Shown: positions 41,472-46,637 of the stretch, in pieces
How positions within the stretch are numbered: position 1 is the first letter of the stretch
Layout of the letters: the number at the start of each line of letters is the position of its first letter
Assembly: GCA_050741735.1 (NCBI GenBank)
Contig: JBOIFZ010000099.1
Location: forward strand, 1-46,637
From: Burkholderiales bacterium
GTDB taxonomy: Bacteria > Pseudomonadota > Gammaproteobacteria > Burkholderiales > JACQAP01
Direction of reading: 5' to 3'
DNA length: 46,637 nt
Position numbers and translations under genes: made by a program
The notes under the pieces: model-generated
The model's database searches: none
The model's input: only the letters and a program-made list of their open reading frames with translations
Told to the model about the DNA's origin: nothing

Positions 41472-42477
41472 GATCTTCCAGATGCCAGCGCGGCCGCACC
41501 GTGAAGCCTAAACCTGTGCCGGCCGGCGCGCCGGCGGCGAGACGCAGCGCGCCGGCGAAAGCGATCATCGCCCCGTTGTCGGTGCACAGATCCTGTGGCG
41601 GGTAGAACACCTCGAAGCCCTCGCGTTCCGCTTTCTTCGACATCGCCTCGCGCAACGGGCGATTGGCGCCGACTCCGCCGGCGACCACCAGTTGGCCCAG
41701 TCCTTCCCTGGCGACGGCGCTGGCCGACTTGGCGACCAGGACTTCGACGATCGCGTGCTGAAACGAAGCGGCGATGTCGGCTTTGGTGTGACTGCCCGGA
41801 TCGGCTGCGCGCACCAGCGTCAGCACCGCGGTTTTCAATCCGGAAAAACTGAAATTTGAATCGCCGCTGGCAAGCATCGGCCGCGGCAACTTGAAGCGCC
41901 TGGGATTGCCGGATTGCGCCAATTGCGACAACGCAGGACCGCCGGGGTAGGGCAAGCCCAGCAGCTTGGCAGTTTTGTCGAAGGCCTCGCCGGCGGCGTC
42001 GTCCACCGTCTCGCCAAGCAATTGGTAGTCGCCCACCGCGTCCACCCGCATCAGTTGGGTGTGACCGCCGGAAACCAGCAGCGCGATGAAAGGAAACTGC
42101 GGCGCCGGGCGGGCAAGCAGCGGCGAGAGCAGGTGGCCTTCGAGATGGTGCAGTCCGACCACCGGCACGTTAAGCGCATAACCCAGGCTCGCTGCCACGG
42201 CTGCGCCCACCAGCAGCGCGCCTGCCAGCCCCGGTCCCTGGGTGTAGGCGATCGCGTCGATATCGGCAAGACCGCGTCCGCAGCTCTCCAGCAGCCCGCG
42301 GGTCAACGGCAAAAGCCTGCGCACGTGATCACGGGACGCGAGCTCCGGCACCACCCCGCCGTACTCGGCGTGCATCGCCACCTGGGAGAAAAGCGTATGA
42401 CCGAGCAGCCCGGCCCCGGTGTCGTAGAGGGCGACCCCGGTTTCATCGCAAGACGTTTCGATCCCGAGAACCAGCAT
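41449..42477 (-). CDS. tsaD: tRNA N6-adenosine threonylcarbamoyltransferase TsaD
   Basis: 342 aa from the internal Met: [19 protein letters not shown]. Divergent from rpsU, as in E. coli. The 3' end overlaps plsY by 23 nt (convergent). Confidence 0.95.
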   Translation of the reverse strand: MLVLGIETSCDETGVALYDTGAGLLGHTLFSQVAMHAEYGGVVPELASRDHVRRLLPLTRGLLESCGRGLADIDAIAYTQGPGLAGALLVGAAVAASLGYALNVPVVGLHHLEGHLLSPLLARPAPQFPFIALLVSGGHTQLMRVDAVGDYQLLGETVDDAAGEAFDKTAKLLGLPYPGGPALSQLAQSGNPRRFKLPRPMLASGDSNFSFSGLKTAVLTLVRAADPGSHTKADIAASFQHAIVEVLVAKSASAVAREGLGQLVVAGGVGANRPLREAMSKKAEREGFEVFYPPQDLCTDNGAMIAFAGALRLAAGAPAGTGLGFTVRPRWHLEDLKSVSPA

Positions 42478-42591
42478 AAGGCATTGAGTTAAAGGGGAAT
42501 GGTCGGGCGTGACAGGCGTATGCGGGCACTGCGCGGCGTCGGGCGCAAGGACGGCCAATCGCCTGGTTGTATATGCAAATCAGGGGATTAT

Positions 42592-42600
42592 TGCTAGAAT
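42592..42600 (+). promoter_or_regulatory. Candidate extended -10 promoter of rpsU (TGcTAGAAT)
   Basis: tgctagaat lies at 42592-42600, 52 nt upstream of the rpsU ATG. No convincing -35. Confidence 0.4.
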
Positions 42601-42652
42601 GCGCCCCTTTGTTTTGGCCGACAACTTTCAGGACTGTTTTATTTCACTTTCT

Positions 42653-42865
42653 ATGCCGACGATTCGAGTCAAGGAAAACGAGCCGTTTGAAGTGGCCATG
42701 CGCCGCTTCAAGCGCACGGTGGAAAAGACCGGTCTGCTGACCGAGCTGCGGGCGCGCGAATTCTACGAGAAGCCCACCGCCGAGCGCAAACGCAAGCTCG
42801 CTGCAGCCATCAAGCGCCATCACAAGCGCCTGCGCAACCAGCTCCTTCCGCCCAAGCTCTATTGA
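42653..42865 (+). CDS. rpsU: 30S ribosomal protein S21
   Basis: 70 aa from the internal ATG: [28 protein letters not shown]. Confidence 0.97.
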   Translation: MPTIRVKENEPFEVAMRRFKRTVEKTGLLTELRAREFYEKPTAERKRKLAAAIKRHHKRLRNQLLPPKLY

Positions 42866-42873
42866 GCAATCCT

Positions 42874-42901
42874 GTGAAGGGTGAACAGTGAAGGGTGAAG
42901 G
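42874..42901 (+). repeat. Four tandem heptamers gtgaagg gtgaaca gtgaagg gtgaagg, 9 nt after the rpsU stop
   Basis: Read directly. TGA at 42875, 42882, 42889 and 42896 covers all three frames. Reverse-orientation copies follow at 42908-42918, ~42930-42950 and 43131-43145. Confidence 0.8.
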
Positions 42902-42920
42902 CTAAGACCTTCACCCTTTT
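42891..42920 (+). terminator. Rho-independent terminator of rpsU, built from opposed heptamer units
   Basis: aagggtgaagg (42891-42901) pairs with ccttcaccctt (42908-42918) across the loop ctaaga, followed by tttt. Confidence 0.7.
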
Positions 42921-42958
42921 CGCTTCTACTCTTCACCCAATCACCCTTTACCGGGTAA

Positions 42959-43005
42959 GTATCACCGATCGTCCAACACTCGTGTATCAGCGATCGTCCA
43001 ACACG
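42959..43005 (+). repeat. Tandem direct repeat (25-bp period): gtatcaccgatcgtccaacac / gtatcagcgatcgtccaacac
   Basis: Copies lie at 42959-42979 and 42984-43004 and match 20/21. Each contains the palindrome cgatcg. They sit in an AT-richer spacer. Confidence 0.75.
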
Positions 43006-43147
43006 TTGACAAAGCAAAAGACGGCAATGAACTACCGATTCGGATCAAAAATACCATGATTCTCCTCCACAAAACTGGTTTTCAGGTTTTCAACGTTATC
43101 GTGAAAGCCGTTGGACCAACGCCGAGACTCGCGCCTTTACCCTTCAC

Positions 43148-43594
43148 ATGTCTTTAAAGGCCCGGATCACCGACGACATGAAAACGGCGATGCGCGCGAA
43201 GGATGCGCAGCGCTTGTCCGCCATCCGTTTGCTGCTGGCGGCGATCCAGCAGCGCGAGGTGGACGAGCGCAAGGACATGAGCGATGCCGACGTGATGTCG
43301 GTGATTGAGAAGATGATCAAGCAGCGGCGCGATTCAATCGAGCAGTTCCAGAAAGGCGGGCGCCAGGACCTGGTCGACGTCGAGCAATTCGAGTTGTCCC
43401 TATTGCAGGCCTACCTGCCGAAGGCTCTGTCCGATGCCGAAGTCGAGGCGGCGGTTGCCGCCGCCATCCAGTCATGCGGCGCCAAGGGTATGGCGGACAT
43501 GGGCAAGGTGATGGCCGTGCTCAAACCCCAACTGGCCGGGCGCGCCGATATGGGCAAGGTATCAACGCTGGTCAAGGCGAAGATGTCGGGTTAA
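43148..43594 (+). CDS. GatB/YqeY domain protein
   Basis: 148 aa. MSLKARITDDMKTAMRAKD...RLLLAAIQQ is a typical YqeY N-terminus. Located between rpsU and dnaG. Confidence 0.9.
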   Translation: MSLKARITDDMKTAMRAKDAQRLSAIRLLLAAIQQREVDERKDMSDADVMSVIEKMIKQRRDSIEQFQKGGRQDLVDVEQFELSLLQAYLPKALSDAEVEAAVAAAIQSCGAKGMADMGKVMAVLKPQLAGRADMGKVSTLVKAKMSG

Positions 43595-43786
43595 CGGAAG
43601 ACTGCGGCGCGCTGGCGGCCCTTGCCGCTCCGGGTGGCTTCGCGACTCGCGAGTCCGGGACGCGCCGAATTGGCTGAGGTGGCGGCCCAAGTCAAGGCCG
43701 CGGGATCGGGCAAGTGATTCAAAGATAATACGAAATCGCCTGATTTCGGCGATCGTGGCTTTCCCGGAAATCCGTGGAAAGTAACC

Positions 43787-43792
43787 TATAAT
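43787..43792 (+). promoter_or_regulatory. Perfect TATAAT hexamer upstream of dnaG (candidate -10)
   Basis: cctataattc. No good -35. 82 nt upstream of the dnaG ATG. Confidence 0.3.
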
Positions 43793-43874
43793 TCTTCGAA
43801 AGCCCCGAGGAGTTCCGCTGACGGCGACCGGCCCCGGTTGTCAGGGGAACCGAGCGCGAGACGATGTCGACGAA

Positions 43875-45626
43875 ATGATTCCACAGTCCTTCATCCAGGA
43901 CCTCCTCAACCGGGTGGATATCGTGGACTTGATCGAGTCCTACGTGCCGCTCAAGCGGGCCGGATCCAACTACGCCGCCCGCTGCCCCTTCCACAGCGAG
44001 AAATCGCCGTCGTTCACGGTGAGCCCCACCAAGCAGTTTTATCACTGCTTCGGCTGCGGCGCGCACGGCACCGCGATCAGCTTTCTGATGGAGTACCAGG
44101 GCATGGGCTTTATCGACGCGGTCAAGGAACTCGCCGGTCGTGCCGGCATGACCGTGCCCGAGCAGGTTCCCGACCCGCGCCAGAAGGAAAAGGCCGAGGC
44201 CGCCGAAGATCTCACCGAGGTCATGCTCAAGGCGGCGCAGTACTACAAGGCGCAGCTCAAGACCTCGGAGCGGGCGGTGGCCTATCTGAAGGGCCGCGGG
44301 CTCAGCGGCGAAATCGCCGCCCGCTACGGCCTCGGTTACGCCCCCGACGGCTGGCAGAACCTGGAGTCGGTGTTCGCCGATTATCAGTCGAAGTCGCTGA
44401 GCGAAGCCGGGCTGGTGATTGTGAACGAGCAGGGGCGGCGCTACGACCGCTTCCGCGACCGCATCATGTTTCCGATTCACAACCGGCGCGGCGGGATCAT
44501 CGGCTTTGGCGGGCGCATCATTGATCAGGGCGAGCCCAAATATCTGAACTCGCCGGAAACGCCGCTGTTCGAGAAAGGCCGCGAGCTTTACGGCCTGTTC
44601 CAGGCTAGAGCGGCAATCCGCGATGCGGATAAGGTGATCGTGGTCGAGGGCTACATGGACGTCGTCGCGCTCGCCCAGTATGGGGTCGGCTACGCCGTCG
44701 CCACGCTCGGCACCGCGACCACGCCTTGGCAGGTCCAGAAGCTGCTGCGGCAGAGCGACGATGTGATCTACTGTTTCGACGGTGACGAGGCCGGGCGCCG
44801 CGCCGCCTGGCGGGCACTCGAGAACAGTCTGGCACAGTTGCAGGACGGCAAGCAGGTGCGCTTCCTGTTCCTGCCTGCCGAAGACGATCCGGACAGCTTC
44901 GTGCGCAGCCACGGCAAGGAGGCGTTCGAAGCGCTGTTGCGGGAGGCGCAGCCGCTGTCGGAATTTCTGTTGCAGCAACTGGCCTCGCGGGTGGACATGC
45001 GCACCGCGGAGGGCAGGGCCAAGTTCCTGCAGGACGCCAAGCCACTGGTCAAGCAGGTGGCCGCGCCGATGCTGTCGCTGGTGCTGCGCAAGCAAGTCGC
45101 GGAACTGGCCGGTGTCGCCCAGTCCGAACTCGAACAGGGTTTCGAGATCAAAGTAGTTGCGCGAGGCCGGGCCCCGGAGCGGCGTACTTTGGTAAAGCCT
45201 TCGCTCACCCGGCTGCTCTCCGAGATGCTGGTTTTCCGTCCCTCTCTTGCAGCGCTGGCAGATTCCACACAGCTTCAAGCCAACGCCGATCTTGCGTCGA
45301 TCGAGCTCCCGCCGGCGGAACTAGCGCTGCTAGAACGGCTGCTTGAACTCTGCCGCAGCCGCCCCGACCTGCGCAGCGCCGCCGAGAATTTTCGTGGCGG
45401 CGAGTTCGAAGCCCTGGCGCGCGAGATCGAGGTCGGCAGCCTGCGCTGGGAACGGATGGAAGACGAGGCGTTGGAAGCGGAATTTACCGGCGCCTGGGGG
45501 CGGCTCACGGAGCGATTCCGCCATGTACGCATCACGCTGCTCCTGGAGAAGAGCAAGCTTCAACGCTGGACGCCGGAGGATGAGGAGCAGTTCCGGCGTT
45601 TGCAGCAACGTACGGCGGCTGAATGA
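43875..45626 (+). CDS. dnaG: DNA primase DnaG
   Basis: 583 aa. Zinc ribbon CPFHSEKSPSFTVSPTKQFYHCFGCGAHG and TOPRIM motifs EGYMDV and DGDEAG. Confidence 0.97.
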   Translation: MIPQSFIQDLLNRVDIVDLIESYVPLKRAGSNYAARCPFHSEKSPSFTVSPTKQFYHCFGCGAHGTAISFLMEYQGMGFIDAVKELAGRAGMTVPEQVPDPRQKEKAEAAEDLTEVMLKAAQYYKAQLKTSERAVAYLKGRGLSGEIAARYGLGYAPDGWQNLESVFADYQSKSLSEAGLVIVNEQGRRYDRFRDRIMFPIHNRRGGIIGFGGRIIDQGEPKYLNSPETPLFEKGRELYGLFQARAAIRDADKVIVVEGYMDVVALAQYGVGYAVATLGTATTPWQVQKLLRQSDDVIYCFDGDEAGRRAAWRALENSLAQLQDGKQVRFLFLPAEDDPDSFVRSHGKEAFEALLREAQPLSEFLLQQLASRVDMRTAEGRAKFLQDAKPLVKQVAAPMLSLVLRKQVAELAGVAQSELEQGFEIKVVARGRAPERRTLVKPSLTRLLSEMLVFRPSLAALADSTQLQANADLASIELPPAELALLERLLELCRSRPDLRSAAENFRGGEFEALAREIEVGSLRWERMEDEALEAEFTGAWGRLTERFRHVRITLLLEKSKLQRWTPEDEEQFRRLQQRTAAE

Positions 45627-45645
45627 AGGCGCCGGGCGAGTCCGG

Positions 45646-45651
45646 TATAAT
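45646..45651 (+). promoter_or_regulatory. Perfect TATAAT hexamer between dnaG and rpoD (candidate -10)
   Basis: ccggtataatgc, 58 nt upstream of the rpoD ATG. The -35 is weak (atgaag). Confidence 0.35.
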
Positions 45652-45709
45652 GCGCGGTTCTTTTTTGCCCGTCATTTTTTAAGCAGTTGTTTCTAAAGGA
45701 CTAAAGGAC

Positions 45710-46637
45710 ATGGCAAGAGAAAGACGCAAAGAGCAGGTCAAGGTGCAAGCGCAGGCTCAGCAGCCCATCGATGCTGAAGCCAGACGCATGCGCCTGAAAA
45801 ACCTGATCGTCCTCGGCAAGGAGCGCGGCTATCTCACTTACGCTGAGATCAACGACCATCTCCCGGACGACATGCTGGATGCCGAGCAGATTGAAAACAT
45901 CATCAGCATGATCAACGACATGGGCATCCAGGTCTACGACGAGGCGCCGGATGCCGAAACGCTGCTGATGAATGAGGCGACGCCGGTCGTGGTTCCCGAT
46001 GAAGACGTGGTCGAGGAGGCGGAGCAGGCGCTTTCCACCGTCGATTCCGAATTCGGGCGCACGACCGATCCGGTACGCATGTACATGCGCGAGATGGGTT
46101 CGGTCGAACTGCTGACGCGCGAGGGCGAAATCGAGATCGCCAAGCGCATCGAGGACGGCCTGAAGCACATGATCCAGGCCATTTCCGCCTGCCCGACCAC
46201 CATCGCCGAAATCCTCAGCCTGTCCGACAAGATCGATCGCGAGGAAATGCGTATCGACGAAGTGGTGGACGGCCTGATCGATCCGAACGCTCCCGCGGAG
46301 TCGCTGGCCGAGGAAGTCGCCGACGAGCAACTGGAAGAGGACCTCGAGGCCGAAACCGAAGAGGACGACGACGGCGCCGCCGTGCAGAACGCCAGCATGC
46401 TCAAGCTCAAGGCCGATGCCGGCGAACGTTTCGCCAAGATTCGCGTGCTCTACAACAAGATGATGAAGGCGCTGGCGAAGAACGGCTCGCGCAGCCGCCC
46501 TTATCTGAAAACGCAGGAGGAGATCTCCGCCGAGCTCATGCTGATCCGCTTTTCCGCGAAGCAGGTCGAAGCCCTGTGCGACGGACTGCGCAGGCTGGTG
46601 GATGAAGTGCGCTCTTACGAGCGCTCGATCATGGAGC
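45710..46637 (+). CDS. rpoD: RNA polymerase sigma factor RpoD (5' part; continues past the window end)
   Basis: My own translation from ATG 45710: MAREKRKEQVKVQAQAQQPIDAEARRMRLKNLIVLGKERGYLTYAEINDHLPDDMLDAEQIENIISMINDMGIQVYDE...RTTDPVRMYMREMG. It contains sigma70 region 1.1/1.2 and an acidic spacer. It is absent from the ORF track because there is no stop in the window. Confidence 0.95.
   Translation, partial: MARERRKEQVKVQAQAQQPIDAEARRMRLKNLIVLGKERGYLTYAEINDHLPDDMLDAEQIENIISMINDMGIQVYDEAPDAETLLMNEATPVVVPDEDVVEEAEQALSTVDSEFGRTTDPVRMYMREMGSVELLTREGEIEIAKRIEDGLKHMIQAISACPTTIAEILSLSDKIDREEMRIDEVVDGLIDPNAPAESLAEEVADEQLEEDLEAETEEDDDGAAVQNASMLKLKADAGERFAKIRVLYNKMMKALAKNGSRSRPYLKTQEEISAELMLIRFSAKQVEALCDGLRRLVDEVRSYERSIME

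Overview
This is a GC-rich chromosomal core region. Its gene order is typical of Betaproteobacteria (taxon inferred from synteny only). All gene products were assigned by recognising motifs in the supplied translations; no database search was run.

Gene content, left to right:
- RNase P RNA (rnpB).
- A complete dcw cell-wall/division cluster: mraZ-rsmH-ftsL-ftsI-murE-murF-mraY-murD-ftsW-murG-murC-murB-ddl-ftsQ-ftsA-ftsZ.
- lpxC, a small membrane ORF, a DUF721 (DciA-like) gene, an M23 peptidase, secA, argJ, a DUF815 ATPase and a Nudix/ThiE-like fusion.
- On the minus strand: yacG-zapD-coaE-pilD-pilC plus a decayed pilB remnant.
- The conserved CorC-like/ypjD/ffh trio and a secreted alpha/beta hydrolase.
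- rpsP-rimM-trmD-rplS, ogt-xerD, plsY, tsaD, and rpsU-yqeY-dnaG-rpoD (rpoD runs off the 3' edge).

I found no protein-coding defence, toxin or mobile-element module. Every gap between confident genes is under about 470 bp.

The structure not explained by genes is non-coding:
1. A REP/REPIN-like palindromic unit family occurs at two loci. One cluster sits inside the ancestral 5' end of ddl and is flanked by a ~46-50 bp duplication of the ddl start.
2. A 354-bp foldback element with 25-bp terminal inverted repeats abuts the ypjD start. It encloses a doublet of the same units.
3. Purine-rich tandem repeats with a 7-nt period sit exactly at or after the stop codons of murC, murB, the DUF815 gene and rpsU.
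4. pilB is truncated and frameshifted next to intact pilC and pilD.
5. A well-positioned 61-codon ORF fills the unusual mraY-murD gap.
6. A textbook three-box MraZ operator lies on the mraZ promoter.
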